From: Planctomycetota bacterium
GTDB lineage: Bacteria > Planctomycetota > Phycisphaerae > WQYP01
Length of the DNA: 64,000 nt
Direction of reading: 5' to 3'
Assembly (NCBI GenBank): GCA_021808485.1
Contig: JAKBBN010000004.1
Span: 5,523 to 69,522 of the forward strand
The notes under the pieces are model-generated. The model saw nothing but the letters and a program-made list of their open reading frames with translations. It had not been told where the DNA came from and ran no database searches. Each line of letters begins with the position of its first letter. Position 1 is the stretch's first letter. A program made the translations under genes and the position numbers. Below, piece by piece: positions 37,224 to 47,537 of the stretch.

Positions 37224-38915
37224 ATGACCAACAGTACCAACACCCCATCCACCGCGGCCGACACGCCGGTTCGCACGCGCTTTGCCCCTTCGCCAACCGG
37301 TTTTTTGCATGTCGGCGGGGCGCGCACGGCTCTTTTTAACTGGCTGTTTGCCCGCAAACACGGTGGTCAATTTGTGGTGCGGATTGAAGATACCGATCAG
37401 GTCCGCTCCACCGCCGAGTCCGCAGCCGGTATTTTAAGCGATCTGCAATGGCTGGGGCTGGACTGGGACCTTGGGCCGGTTCCCGGCGCCGGTAAAAACG
37501 AATACTTCCAAAGCATGCGACTGGATATTTACCGGCCGTATATTGACGATCTGCTAAACCGGGGGCTGGCCTATGAGGCGTGGGAAACCCCGCAGCAGCT
37601 TGCCGCCATGCGCATGGCTGCGGAAAAGGCAAAAAGGCCTTTCCGGTACCGCCAAAACATGCCCGGCCGTGCGCCCAGGGGCGATGGTCCCTGCGTGATC
37701 AGGTTCGCCATACCCTGGGAGGAAATCCGGTTTGTCGATGAAATTCTCGGTGAAATTCGCGTGGCCGGTGATGAGCACGATGATATTATTATCCGTAAAT
37801 CCGATGGGTTTCCCACGTATCACTTTGCCGTCGTGGTCGACGACCACCTGATGGGAATTACCCATGTCCTGCGGGCGCAGGAACATTTAATGAATACCCC
37901 GAAGCATTTGGGCCTTTATGCCGCATTTGGCTGGCAGCCGCCGCGTCATGCCCATATGCCGCTGGTGTTCAACATGGACAACACCAAAATGTCCAAGCGG
38001 GATAAGGCCAAGGCCGCCCGCCATGCTCTGCAGCTTTATGCCCGCCAGAAAAATGACGCGGATTTTCAAAAACTGGCGGAATCTCTGCAGCCGTCCGCGG
38101 GTGTCGGTTCCATTCCCCGGGTGGATAGCCGGGCGATAGGCGATTTTGTCGCCAAAAAAAATGATGACACCGCGCTGGCTGCGGTTCTGGCCGCCTCCAT
38201 CGGCGTAACTTTGCCTGAAATAGATGTGCACGATTTTCGCCGCAGCGGATATCTGGCCGATGCGCTGCTGAATTTCATCTCCCTTATCGGCTGGTCTCCC
38301 GGGGAAAATCGGGAAATTTTGTCCCGGGCGGAAATGCTGGATCTCTTTTCTCTTCAGACAATCGGCAAAACCAGCGGCCGCTTTGATCGTAAAAAACTGC
38401 AATGGATGAATGGCGAATATATCCGCCGCACAAGTGTAGATGGTCTGGTGGCCGCTGTCCGCAGCTTCCTTCAGGTTGTGGAGTATCCCTTGGCCGATGC
38501 GGATGACGTCATTCTGCGGCAGATCATCGCCATGTATCAGGAACGCATGGCCACGCTGGCGGAAATGGCCGAGAACTCACGCTTTTTTTTCACGGAACCG
38601 AAAATAGACCGCTCCGCCGGCGAAAAATTTATCGCCCGCAATGCGGGCCATGCCGCACTGGTCCAGATTCGTGATCTGCTGCTGTCCGCGGCTTTGTGGA
38701 ATTCCGAGTCGCTTTCACCGATCATGGAACAGATTATTGCCTTGGGTGAAAAACGTGGAGCCGCAGCCCAGGCTTTGCGCGTCGCCGTCAGCGGGGGGGC
38801 CGTCTCGCCGCCCTTGCTGGAAACGCTGTTGCTGCTCGGCCGGGACCGGACGCTCGCACGGGTGGATCATGCTTTGGCGTTATTCAAAGCTGATCCGCCG
38901 GAACCGTCGCAATAA
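37224..38915 (+). CDS. gltX: glutamate--tRNA ligase
   Basis: FAPSPTGFLHVGGARTALFNWLFAR (HIGH region) and KMSKR. 563 aa with a C-terminal extension. Confidence 0.85.
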   Translation: MTNSTNTPSTAADTPVRTRFAPSPTGFLHVGGARTALFNWLFARKHGGQFVVRIEDTDQVRSTAESAAGILSDLQWLGLDWDLGPVPGAGKNEYFQSMRLDIYRPYIDDLLNRGLAYEAWETPQQLAAMRMAAEKAKRPFRYRQNMPGRAPRGDGPCVIRFAIPWEEIRFVDEILGEIRVAGDEHDDIIIRKSDGFPTYHFAVVVDDHLMGITHVLRAQEHLMNTPKHLGLYAAFGWQPPRHAHMPLVFNMDNTKMSKRDKAKAARHALQLYARQKNDADFQKLAESLQPSAGVGSIPRVDSRAIGDFVAKKNDDTALAAVLAASIGVTLPEIDVHDFRRSGYLADALLNFISLIGWSPGENREILSRAEMLDLFSLQTIGKTSGRFDRKKLQWMNGEYIRRTSVDGLVAAVRSFLQVVEYPLADADDVILRQIIAMYQERMATLAEMAENSRFFFTEPKIDRSAGEKFIARNAGHAALVQIRDLLLSAALWNSESLSPIMEQIIALGEKRGAAAQALRVAVSGGAVSPPLLETLLLLGRDRTLARVDHALALFKADPPEPSQ

Positions 38916-39000
38916 ATCCGGAAGTTTTCGGCGGCAGTTGCCAGCGGCGATGGTGGCGGCTACGCTTTAACGACGATTTTGCTTTTTGCAGGAGTTATTC

Positions 39001-39723
39001 ATGCTCAAGTTTTCCGGTGACCCGGCTGATGTTATTCGCAAGGCTTATCAGAACAGCCCAAACGCCAACAGCCTGGTGCCGATTGTGGTGGAACGCAGCG
39101 GGCGCGGCGAGCGATCCTATGACATCTTTTCACGCCTTTTGCGCGATCGGGTCATTTTCATGGCCGGTCCGGTGGATGATGAAATCGCCAATCTGATCAT
39201 TGCTCAGCTCCTGTTTCTGTCCAATGAGGATTCCAAAACAGATATCCATTTTTACATCAACAGCCCCGGTGGCTCCGTGACGGCCGGGCTGGCCATTTAT
39301 GATACCATGCAGTTTTTGCGATGCGATGTGGCCACAACCTGCGTCGGTCTTGCCGCCAGCATGGGCGCTTGGCTTCTGGCCGCCGGTCGCAAGGGCAAGC
39401 GTTTTGCCCTGCCCAACAGCCGCGTGATGATTCACCAGCCCCTCATTTCCGGTGTGATGCAGGGCACTGCGACGGATCTTTCTATTGAGGCCCGCGAAAT
39501 GCTCCGTTTGCGCACACGCATGTACGAAATCATGGCCGCCCATACCGGGCAAACCGTTGATAAGGTCCATCGCGATTGCGACCGTAATCTTTGGCTGGAG
39601 GCCGACGAGGCCATCGCCTACGGCGTGGTGGATAAGAAACTGGAACGAATGCCGGATTCACCGGGCGGCCGTGGCGGCGACATGGCGCCGCCGGATGGTT
39701 CCACTGATTCCACGGATCAATAA
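39001..39723 (+). CDS. clpP: ATP-dependent Clp protease proteolytic subunit
   Basis: ATG 39001 with GGAG 6 nt upstream (the track ORF starts at an upstream TTG). Catalytic triad context [11 protein letters not shown] and MIHQP. Gly-rich C-terminal tail. Confidence 0.9.
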   Translation: MLKFSGDPADVIRKAYQNSPNANSLVPIVVERSGRGERSYDIFSRLLRDRVIFMAGPVDDEIANLIIAQLLFLSNEDSKTDIHFYINSPGGSVTAGLAIYDTMQFLRCDVATTCVGLAASMGAWLLAAGRKGKRFALPNSRVMIHQPLISGVMQGTATDLSIEAREMLRLRTRMYEIMAAHTGQTVDKVHRDCDRNLWLEADEAIAYGVVDKKLERMPDSPGGRGGDMAPPDGSTDSTDQ

Positions 39724-39764
39724 TCCGGCTTATCGCTGACTCGCAGCCTGGGGAATTTTGGCTT

Positions 39765-40487
39765 ATGAACAAGGCATATCAGGTGCTTTATCCATTGATA
39801 CACCGCCGTGCAGCCGGCTGCTATCGCGGAGTCCGGCTGCGCCTGCAATTGCTGACGCGCGGCGCCGGTACTGCGTCAATGGCTTTGTTTCTGGTCATAA
39901 CCGGTTTGAGCCTGGTAACCTCCGGCTGCGCCAATTACGCACAAAACAGCCGGATTTATGACCGGAATGTAGCCCTGGAGAACCAGAATACCACGCTGAA
40001 GCGGCAATTGGCGCATGAAACGCAAACCGCTGCGGACCTTAAAAAGCAGTTGGCGTCAACCTCGCCAAGAATCGCCTCGCTGCCGGCCCGTCGGCTCAGC
40101 GAACTATTTACCGTCGCCGGCATCCGGATCACGGGTGACACGCGTTCAAGTCGGCTTGGAAACTTCCCACATTCCCGCGGATTCCGTGTTTTTATTCAAC
40201 CCAAAATGGCCGGCGGAATGGTATTACCCGCCACCGGCTGGTTTCGTATACAGGCGTTTGATCTTGCCGCCCGGGCCGGGCATGAACGCATCGGCCAATG
40301 GGCCTTTTCGCCGCAGCAATCAAAAAAGGATTGGTACGGTCTTTTTGGAATTGACGCGTTTGCGTTTGACTGCCCTTGGAAATCACCGCCTCGGCATACG
40401 GCGATTACTTTTCGCATCTCCTTTACTGACTCACTGACCGGTCGAATCTTCACGGCTCAGCGGTTGATTAAAATTCATATCCATTAA
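39765..40487 (+). CDS. putative lipoprotein with coiled-coil segment
   Basis: Possible lipobox LVTSGC after a long Arg-rich n-region. Coiled coil NVALENQNTTLKRQLAHETQTAADLKKQLAS. Confidence 0.35.
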   Translation: MNKAYQVLYPLIHRRAAGCYRGVRLRLQLLTRGAGTASMALFLVITGLSLVTSGCANYAQNSRIYDRNVALENQNTTLKRQLAHETQTAADLKKQLASTSPRIASLPARRLSELFTVAGIRITGDTRSSRLGNFPHSRGFRVFIQPKMAGGMVLPATGWFRIQAFDLAARAGHERIGQWAFSPQQSKKDWYGLFGIDAFAFDCPWKSPPRHTAITFRISFTDSLTGRIFTAQRLIKIHIH

Positions 40488-40530
40488 TTCGGAAATTCAT
40501 TGCCGCGGATATTTGCCGCTTGATTTTTAA

Positions 40531-41523
40531 TCAACCTTTGAAGAATCGCAAATCCGCGTGTTTGGGATACATATTCCGCGCGTACCGGTACGCCACATAG
40601 GGCGTTACACCGTCGCAGAAAAGTTTTTTATAAAAAAGCTGGCTGATAAGTGCGGCATCTGCCCAGCGAATTTCCCGCCGCGGGCTGATGAAAGCATCCG
40701 CACCCGTACCGCGGATAAAGGCCTTTCCAAACGCCTCATTGCCCGTCAGGCAACTCGATGAAAATACGGTTTTACCTTTTAAATCCCCGGCCAGTTCAAT
40801 CACTTCATCAATATCCACATCTTCGAGCTGCAGCACAAGCTTGCGCTGCAGTCCGTGCATGGAAAGATGAATATGCCGGCTTGATGACATTCGCGCAAGT
40901 TTCAGGAAATGTCCAAGTTCCAGTTTGGTGCGGATGAATGCATACAGCGGCCTCGCCCCGATCATGCGCAAAAATTCGCCGAGAAGCCGGCCTTCGGACC
41001 AGTGTTTTTCCGTCGGTTTGCGTGAAACCGATTCAATCAGGAAAACTTTGTTGGATGGCTGAAGCCGGTGTACAGGCATGCGGTCCGTTTCGCCGTCTTG
41101 ATAGGCAAAATAAGCCGTGCCATTGGCCAGAAATGTAACCCGCGCCGGAAAGAGGCGTTCCCGGTTCCACGGGGCATAAATCCGGTCGCCAATGTGCAGT
41201 ATCCGTTCCGCCATATCCGGTTCCTGTCGCTCTGCGATGCCGTCATCGGCCACATGACCAATGAGCATACCTGTCCACGCAATTATATTCGGTTCCATGT
41301 GGCAACCGCGAGAGCAAGGATTCAGCGAACCGTTTCGACCTGAAAACGGCGATATTATTGGACTATACCCGTGCGAACCATATTCCGTGCGGATTGACGG
41401 CACGTTTCCCTTCACGCGGCAAGGCAAAACAGTTCCAACATCATTCGTACCCAGGGAACACCGGACATGCCAATTCATCGGCATGGACTCTGTCTTATCG
41501 GGCTTGTAAATATGGGGCGTCAA
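40531..41523 (-). CDS. hypothetical protein with C-terminal caspase/CHAT-like His-Cys dyad domain (start uncertain, possibly MAERILHIG near 41213 with an AGGAA RBS)
   Basis: IHLSMHG ... 35 aa ... VFSSSCLTGNE reproduces the caspase-fold His and Cys signatures. The N-terminal region is a small beta-rich domain (RILHIGDRIYAPWN...FAYQDGETD). Confidence 0.35.
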   Translation of the reverse strand: MTPHIYKPDKTESMPMNWHVRCSLGTNDVGTVLPCRVKGNVPSIRTEYGSHGYSPIISPFSGRNGSLNPCSRGCHMEPNIIAWTGMLIGHVADDGIAERQEPDMAERILHIGDRIYAPWNRERLFPARVTFLANGTAYFAYQDGETDRMPVHRLQPSNKVFLIESVSRKPTEKHWSEGRLLGEFLRMIGARPLYAFIRTKLELGHFLKLARMSSSRHIHLSMHGLQRKLVLQLEDVDIDEVIELAGDLKGKTVFSSSCLTGNEAFGKAFIRGTGADAFISPRREIRWADAALISQLFYKKLFCDGVTPYVAYRYARNMYPKHADLRFFKG

Positions 41524-41730
41524 CAGGCACGTATGACCCGAAAATTAATGTGGGCGCCGCCGGATCTCTGACGATACAAATGGCGTAGCCAATTTCGGCT
41601 CGTCTTGTAAATCGTTGCCCGGAATCATTTCGCAGCGGCGACGATCAGAATGAAAAACTTGGGCCATTCGTCCGCGGGGCGGCGTTTTGCGGATTGTTTC
41701 GGCCGGTCAATGCGATTGTCAGGAGCGACC

Positions 41731-42486
41731 ATGAATGGTGTCAAGAGAGTTTCAACCGCACGCGGCTTTACGCTGATAGAATTGCTGGTGGTCATCAGCA
41801 TTATCGGATTGTTGATCTCTCTGCTGCTGCCGAGTTTGAGCCAGGCACGCTCCCTGGCCAATCGCGTCGATTGCGCCAGCAATCTCCGGTCGATCGGACA
41901 GTGCCTTCATATTTATGCGGACGAGTATCAGAACCAATACCCGGTCAATAACAAATCCGCGATCTTCACTTTTGGACCGGTCGTTGCCGGGTATACCAAA
42001 ACATTTCAGGCCGTTCCGGGGAGTTTTGGCGCTCTGTACTACGACGGTATCCTCCCTGATACCACCATGCTGTATTGCACACAGCCCGGCTTTTTCGGGC
42101 CGGATTTGGCCCAATACAATCTTTATCTGCCCGCTCAGGTTAAAGCCGGCGCGCCGATCAACTGGTGGGGAATCTACTATGGTTACTGCTACTGGTATCA
42201 GCAAAGCACCGGCTCTCCGTTGAATGCGATAACGCAATCAACTCCGTATGTCGCCTACACACAAATTGTCAACGACAACCCGAATACGATTTTGGCCTCT
42301 GATATTACCGCAAATCTGGCGGGAAACTGGAACTGGCCGTACAACACGCCGACATCCAATCACGTTTCCGGAAACAACGGCAAACCGGATGGCGGAAATA
42401 TTTTGTATAACGACGGCTCAGTTCACTGGAAGAATATCGGTGATATGCATCTGGGCCGCAGCTGGGTTCTGAATTACTACCAGTAA
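41731..42486 (+). CDS. DUF1559 'H-X9-DG' protein with prepilin-type N-terminal methylation signal
   Basis: [27 protein letters not shown] type-IV-pilin-like leader, C-terminal ...[19 protein letters not shown] at 41721. Confidence 0.75.
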   Translation: MNGVKRVSTARGFTLIELLVVISIIGLLISLLLPSLSQARSLANRVDCASNLRSIGQCLHIYADEYQNQYPVNNKSAIFTFGPVVAGYTKTFQAVPGSFGALYYDGILPDTTMLYCTQPGFFGPDLAQYNLYLPAQVKAGAPINWWGIYYGYCYWYQQSTGSPLNAITQSTPYVAYTQIVNDNPNTILASDITANLAGNWNWPYNTPTSNHVSGNNGKPDGGNILYNDGSVHWKNIGDMHLGRSWVLNYYQ

Positions 42487-42558
42487 CAGTTCCCGATCAT
42501 ACGATTAAGCCGACACCACGCGGGGTTGTGATTCGAAAGGATTGCAACCCCGCGATGC

Positions 42559-43305
42559 TTATTGTTCAACTGTGGCGGTTCGCAGATCACAATACGAAAT
42601 TAACTCAATTCCCGATTGGAGAATAAGCCGCTGAATTTCCGGGTCACATAATGTCTGAACTTCGATCAGCCTTTCCGTGCAATAATCCGATTGTAATTCG
42701 GAATCCAAGCCGGGGTGACAGCTTAACTCGGTAATTCCGGGCAGAAGCGCTTTCAGTATTGCTTTAAGGTTGTCCGGGCGGATATTTTCCGTCATTGGCT
42801 CCAAGCGTTCATTTGTCCCGAAAAAGTCGCCGCAAAAGCGAACCCGATTGTCAGCATCGCGCAGCGGCATCCCCAATTGATTCGCCAATTCGCGCACCAG
42901 TTGCTGAATCCCCGGCTTTTGGTGAACATGCTGATGGGAGTCAACATGCGTGGGATTTGCCCCGCTCAATTGCTGAAACAGGTTCAGTTGATGATCTATT
43001 TCCCGTTTTACCGACTGCATGTCATTAAGATCAGCCCGCAGATAAATCGGCTCCCAGTTGCCATTCTTCAGTTCCCATTCGCCTAAATCCAGATGCAGCC
43101 CCAGGCTGAATTCGGGGCATTTGCCCGCATCGGCACGCCACAGCTTCACGGCTTCAATCGCCGCATCTGCTCGCACCAACAGGCTGGCGCTGGTTAAAAT
43201 GCCCTGTCGGCGGCATTGCACAATACCGGCATTGGTCCGCTGACTGATTCCAAAGTCGTCCGCATTGACAATTAATTGACGCCTGTTCAGACTCATACCG
43301 CTCAT
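42559..43305 (-). CDS. ChbG/HpnK (YdjC) family carbohydrate deacetylase
   Basis: LIVNADDFGIS and HVDSHQHVH motifs. Confidence 0.65.
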   Translation of the reverse strand: MSGMSLNRRQLIVNADDFGISQRTNAGIVQCRRQGILTSASLLVRADAAIEAVKLWRADAGKCPEFSLGLHLDLGEWELKNGNWEPIYLRADLNDMQSVKREIDHQLNLFQQLSGANPTHVDSHQHVHQKPGIQQLVRELANQLGMPLRDADNRVRFCGDFFGTNERLEPMTENIRPDNLKAILKALLPGITELSCHPGLDSELQSDYCTERLIEVQTLCDPEIQRLILQSGIELISYCDLRTATVEQ

Positions 43306-44477
43306 GCTCCAATTTGTCGCAGGACGTCGCCCAGGACTTTTTCCGCCGCGAAGTACTCTTCGGCAATGTCCCGGGCGGCCCGGCAGTTACCCGCATAATC
43401 CCGCCGAATTTCCACAATCGCCCGTTCAATATCCTCAATGTTCTGAAACCCAAAAAGTCCGCGCCCGGTGGGCAGGTGATTACTGAAGCCGGTTTCCTGA
43501 TTAATCACCGGCCGGCCGGCCGCTAGGTAGCAGGCGCTGCGGTCGGAAAACCATCCGCTTTTGAGCCGGATATTCTGATCTTTGGCGACGCTGAACTCCC
43601 CGCGTGACCCGCGGATATAATCGCGATACCGGATCATGTCCCGTGAAATATGAACAGGATCCTGGAGCAGCCATCCCTTTGATTTCAACAGTCGATGTGT
43701 CGGCTCATCCGCAATGGTGGCAAGTTCAAATGAGTCCCCGGTGCGCCCCGGCACATCAAGGAATTTTAGAAATTCCCGGTCCTTTGACCAGTAATACGTC
43801 TCGCCCCGGTAAACAATATCGCGTCCCGCATTTTTCCATGTGGCGATTGTATTAAATGCCGGCCCCGCATTTTCCGGCGGGCTGTCCCAGATATCCAGCA
43901 CCACGGGCTGGCGTGTCGGTCGCCAGTTGTAACGCCCGGCAGGCAGAAGACAATCGGGTTTTCCCAGATTTTCACCATACGTGAAGTGGTGCGTATGCGA
44001 ATCCAGCGCCGCAATGACATCCTTGTTGCCGGCGGCAATCTGAATCTGGGATACCACCGGATCGGTCTCCAGGTACACACGCACCGGGCATCGCAAATGC
44101 TCCGTCCGCAATTCCTGCGATCCAGTTACGTTTAACATGATATCCGCGGTTTGGTAAAGGTCCGCCAATTTGTCGGCACTTTGTCCGTAGCATTTGCCGC
44201 CCTCATAATGACCGTTGAAAATCCAGCGGTCCGCCAGTCCATGGGCCGCCATAATCGCGGCAACCGTGTTAATATTTTCGTTGGCGTCCGGCGTGCAGTC
44301 CCCCAGCGACGGGCTGTAGACCCAGCGCGCTGAATCTTCTACATACCATGGATCAAATCCCAGTCGCTGCAGGCCAAGCAAAAAATGTAAAAATTGATAG
44401 GTGACCCCAGCCAACGGGTACCAGAACAGAATTCCAAATACAATTATTCGCGGGCGTTCACGCGTGCTATTCGCCAC
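43302..44477 (-). CDS. glycosyltransferase, GT-B fold (GT4-like N-domain)
   Basis: N-terminal PRIIVFGILFWYPLAGVTYQFLHFLLGLQRLGFDPWYV resembles a GT4 N-domain. ATGA overlap with the deacetylase gene. Confidence 0.4.
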   Translation of the reverse strand: MANSTRERPRIIVFGILFWYPLAGVTYQFLHFLLGLQRLGFDPWYVEDSARWVYSPSLGDCTPDANENINTVAAIMAAHGLADRWIFNGHYEGGKCYGQSADKLADLYQTADIMLNVTGSQELRTEHLRCPVRVYLETDPVVSQIQIAAGNKDVIAALDSHTHHFTYGENLGKPDCLLPAGRYNWRPTRQPVVLDIWDSPPENAGPAFNTIATWKNAGRDIVYRGETYYWSKDREFLKFLDVPGRTGDSFELATIADEPTHRLLKSKGWLLQDPVHISRDMIRYRDYIRGSRGEFSVAKDQNIRLKSGWFSDRSACYLAAGRPVINQETGFSNHLPTGRGLFGFQNIEDIERAIVEIRRDYAGNCRAARDIAEEYFAAEKVLGDVLRQIGA

Positions 44478-45075
44478 AACTGTTCTCCTGTTTTATTTCA
44501 TTGGGTATTATCCACCGGATAAATCTCGCCGGATTCCCCGCAAATAGAGAGTTGGCCGGCACCTGACCGCTTACCACGGATCGGGCGCCGATAATGGCCC
44601 CATCCCCGATAGTTGTTCCAGGCAGTACACAGCAGTCAAATCCAATCCAGACGTTATTCCCGATCGTGACCGGCGAAGCCGCATGACCGCTGAATGCGTC
44701 CGGGTTGCGCGTGTCGGCAAATCGCCGCAGCATGGCGCGGCGATTGCGGCAATCCTTGGAGGCCCGGTAGCTGTCCATGATCACCACGTTCCATGAGAGC
44801 AGACAATAATCTCCAATGCTCACCCGGTTGTCACAGATCAACCAAATGCCGTTAAGCAGCGTGTAATCGCCTGTGGAAAAACAGGCCTCCGGCCCCATAT
44901 CAAACATGCAGCGACCATAGGCCGAAGCATTGGTTCCCAGCCGCAGGCCATTGGCCCGCCGGCTGCGGAATAGCAGAAAACTGTAGCTGGTTTCAACATG
45001 TGCACCCGGCATGATGTCCACATTCTCGGGAATGGCGCCGCAGTGCCAATCTCCAGGTATGCTCCGCGATGTCAT
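44467..45075 (-). CDS. hexapeptide-repeat (LbH) acyl/acetyltransferase
   Basis: Start MTSRSIPG. Imperfect hexapeptide repeats throughout. Confidence 0.6.
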   Translation of the reverse strand: MTSRSIPGDWHCGAIPENVDIMPGAHVETSYSFLLFRSRRANGLRLGTNASAYGRCMFDMGPEACFSTGDYTLLNGIWLICDNRVSIGDYCLLSWNVVIMDSYRASKDCRNRRAMLRRFADTRNPDAFSGHAASPVTIGNNVWIGFDCCVLPGTTIGDGAIIGARSVVSGQVPANSLFAGNPARFIRWIIPNEIKQENSCGE

Positions 45076-45653
45076 ATCCGCTCCACCTCTCTGGCCGGAT
45101 TTCCCCAAACTTGCGATTCGGCTGCAACATCGCGCGTCACCACGCTGCCCGGGCCTATCCACGCTCCACGTCCGATTCTTACTCCCTTGAGTATGGTGCA
45201 GTTCGGCCCTATCCACACATCATCTTCAATCACCACCGCCGCTCGCGCCACAGCCGGACGCACCATATGTTTTCCCGCCGGTGAGCAGGCCATTGCGTCG
45301 GCTATTCTTTCCGCCGGGGCAATGGGGTGAAAATCACTGTCCGCAATCGCCGTATTCCACCCGATAAGCACAAAACAGCCTATCACGATCGACATTTCCG
45401 CCATCAGAATCGCACCGGTTACGCAGCAGCAATCGCCGATGCGGATTTTCGCGCCGGCGCCGATTGAAAACTGCACGCCGTCCAATGTGCACTGTTTTCC
45501 AATGACCAGCGCATCCGGCAATTCCGATACAATCCGCTTGAAAGCCTGCTGACCATTCACCACCGTTCCTTCGCCCAGGTAAACAGTGTTCGGCGGCGTT
45601 CCGCCGTCCCAACTCGCGCTCATTTGTTTGTTGTGGGGGGCGCTGTGCTCCAT
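45072..45653 (-). CDS. hexapeptide-repeat (LbH) acyl/acetyltransferase, second copy
   Basis: 193 aa LbH protein. ATGA overlap with the downstream paralogue. Confidence 0.6.
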   Translation of the reverse strand: MEHSAPHNKQMSASWDGGTPPNTVYLGEGTVVNGQQAFKRIVSELPDALVIGKQCTLDGVQFSIGAGAKIRIGDCCCVTGAILMAEMSIVIGCFVLIGWNTAIADSDFHPIAPAERIADAMACSPAGKHMVRPAVARAAVVIEDDVWIGPNCTILKGVRIGRGAWIGPGSVVTRDVAAESQVWGNPAREVERI

Positions 45654-45662
45654 AACGGTCCT

Positions 45663-47537
45663 TTAAGTCGCCTTGGTCGTGGAATATTGCAAATCGTACA
45701 ACCGTCGATAAAGGCCGCCGTTCGCCAACAAATCCTCATGCCGTCCCGTTTCCGCCACCGCCCCGTGCTCCAGCACAATAATATTGTCCACATCCCGCGC
45801 TGTGCCGAGATGATGCGATATTACCACGGTCGTTCGGCCGCGCATCAGCAATCGAATGGTGGTCAGAATGTCGGCCTCTGTCTGGGCATCCAGTCCCGTT
45901 GTCGGTTCATCTAAAATCACAATCGGCGCGTTCTTTAAAAAGGCCCTCGCCAACGACAACCGCTGACGCTGCCCGCCGGACAACATGACGCCGCGCTCGC
46001 CAATGGGCGTATCAAAACCGCGCTGCATCCGGCTAATAAAGTCCCAGGCGCCGGCGGCACGTGCGGCGGCGTGCACCTGTTCCAGTGTCGCGCCAGGCAG
46101 CGAATAGGCGATGTTTTCGCGCACGCTCACGTCAAACAGAACCGGTTCCTGCGGAACAACGGTTATCTGCTCGCGGAGTGAACGCAAAGTGATGGTCTGC
46201 AGCGGTTTCTTATCCAGCAGTATGACGCCGCCCGTTGGATCATAAAACCTCATGATCAGCGATGCCAGCGTGCTTTTACCCGCTCCCGATGCGCCAACCA
46301 GCGCCACCGAACTACCGGCCGGAATGGTCAGCCCGATATTCGACAGCACCGGATGCCCCGCCTGATATGAAAAACTGACTTGCTCAAAGCGGATTTCTCC
46401 GCGTGCCGGTTCCGTGAGCGGGCGCGAACCCGGCGAATCGGCAATCCGCGCCGGACGGTCCAGAATTTTGAAAACACGGTGCGCACCCGCGACGGACCCT
46501 TGAATGGTTGAAATGGTGTAAGACAGCGTCTCCAAAGGTTTAAAAAGAAGGGCGGTGTAACCCGCCAGCAGCACCACATCACCGGGAGTAAGACGGCCGT
46601 GAATGACGCGCTCCGCAGCCAGCCATATAACGGCGGCCGTTCCCGCCGCCAGCAACAGTGCGACGCCGCTCTGCGAAGCCGTTTGCAGTACCGTTAACCG
46701 CAGGCTTGCCATGAGGCTCCTTTGGGCATCATTCGCAAAATGGCCCGCCTCGCGCTCCTCGCCGCCGAAGGCCTGCACCGCACGAATTCCCGTCAACGTC
46801 TGCTGCACCCGCGTGGAAACCATGCTTTCATGTTCGTGTACTTTCGTCGAATAATCAGTCGTGGGCTTCTCCAGCCGCCGCACCAGCACAAACAGCAGTG
46901 ATCCCACCACCAGTGCGACAATCGCAACGCTCCAGTCCTGACTCACCATGATTACCGCAATTCCGATCAAAGTGACCGTTGCGGAAATTCCCGGTACCAG
47001 CCCCTCGTTAAACAGGCTTTGAACGCAATACGTATCCCATGTGACCCGGTACAGCGAATCACCCACTGTCGTACTGTCATGAAACGCCAGCTCCATTCGC
47101 TGAAGATGATCAAATACCCGGCACCGAAGCCGGAAAACCATCCGCAGTCCCGCCGATACCAGCATCCACGTGCTAAGCACGCTGATGCCGGCGGAAACCA
47201 GGCTTATAACGATCAGACCGATGCACAGCAGCGTCACAATACTCGACCGCCCCGAATCCGCGTGCACGGCGCGCAGCAGGTGCGCGGCTGCCTGCTGGAA
47301 ATGCGGCATCGTTTTATGCGCTGTCACCAGGTCAATGATGAATTTCAACGGCCACGGCTGCAGGAGACCTATCAGTGATCCCATCAGCATCAAGCCCAAG
47401 CCCGAAATTGTTGCCGTCAGTTCCTCCGCCATGCACAGCCGCAGCATGCGTGCACCGGTCGCCATCGCGCCGCCACGCGGCGGAGTTGATCCTTCCGCTT
47501 CCGATGTGGTGTTCATCGGTTGCTCCTGACTTCGCAT
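45663..47537 (-). CDS. ABC transporter, fused permease/ATPase exporter (MsbA-like)
   Basis: Six-TM domain plus NBD with GASGAGKST, LSGGQRQRLSLARA and ILDEPTTGLD. If the start is M8 (47516) it directly abuts the upstream stop. Confidence 0.8.
   Translation of the reverse strand: MRSQEQPMNTTSEAEGSTPPRGGAMATGARMLRLCMAEELTATISGLGLMLMGSLIGLLQPWPLKFIIDLVTAHKTMPHFQQAAAHLLRAVHADSGRSSIVTLLCIGLIVISLVSAGISVLSTWMLVSAGLRMVFRLRCRVFDHLQRMELAFHDSTTVGDSLYRVTWDTYCVQSLFNEGLVPGISATVTLIGIAVIMVSQDWSVAIVALVVGSLLFVLVRRLEKPTTDYSTKVHEHESMVSTRVQQTLTGIRAVQAFGGEEREAGHFANDAQRSLMASLRLTVLQTASQSGVALLLAAGTAAVIWLAAERVIHGRLTPGDVVLLAGYTALLFKPLETLSYTISTIQGSVAGAHRVFKILDRPARIADSPGSRPLTEPARGEIRFEQVSFSYQAGHPVLSNIGLTIPAGSSVALVGASGAGKSTLASLIMRFYDPTGGVILLDKKPLQTITLRSLREQITVVPQEPVLFDVSVRENIAYSLPGATLEQVHAAARAAGAWDFISRMQRGFDTPIGERGVMLSGGQRQRLSLARAFLKNAPIVILDEPTTGLDAQTEADILTTIRLLMRGRTTVVISHHLGTARDVDNIIVLEHGAVAETGRHEDLLANGGLYRRLYDLQYSTTKAT

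Noticed and set aside
42559-44477. Hopanoid cyclitol-ether pathway (HpnI/HpnK) assignment for the deacetylase/GT pair
   Set aside because: The deacetylase is only ChbG/HpnK-family in general. The adjacent glycosyltransferase looks GT-B rather than HpnI-type GT2, and no radical-SAM HpnJ is present.
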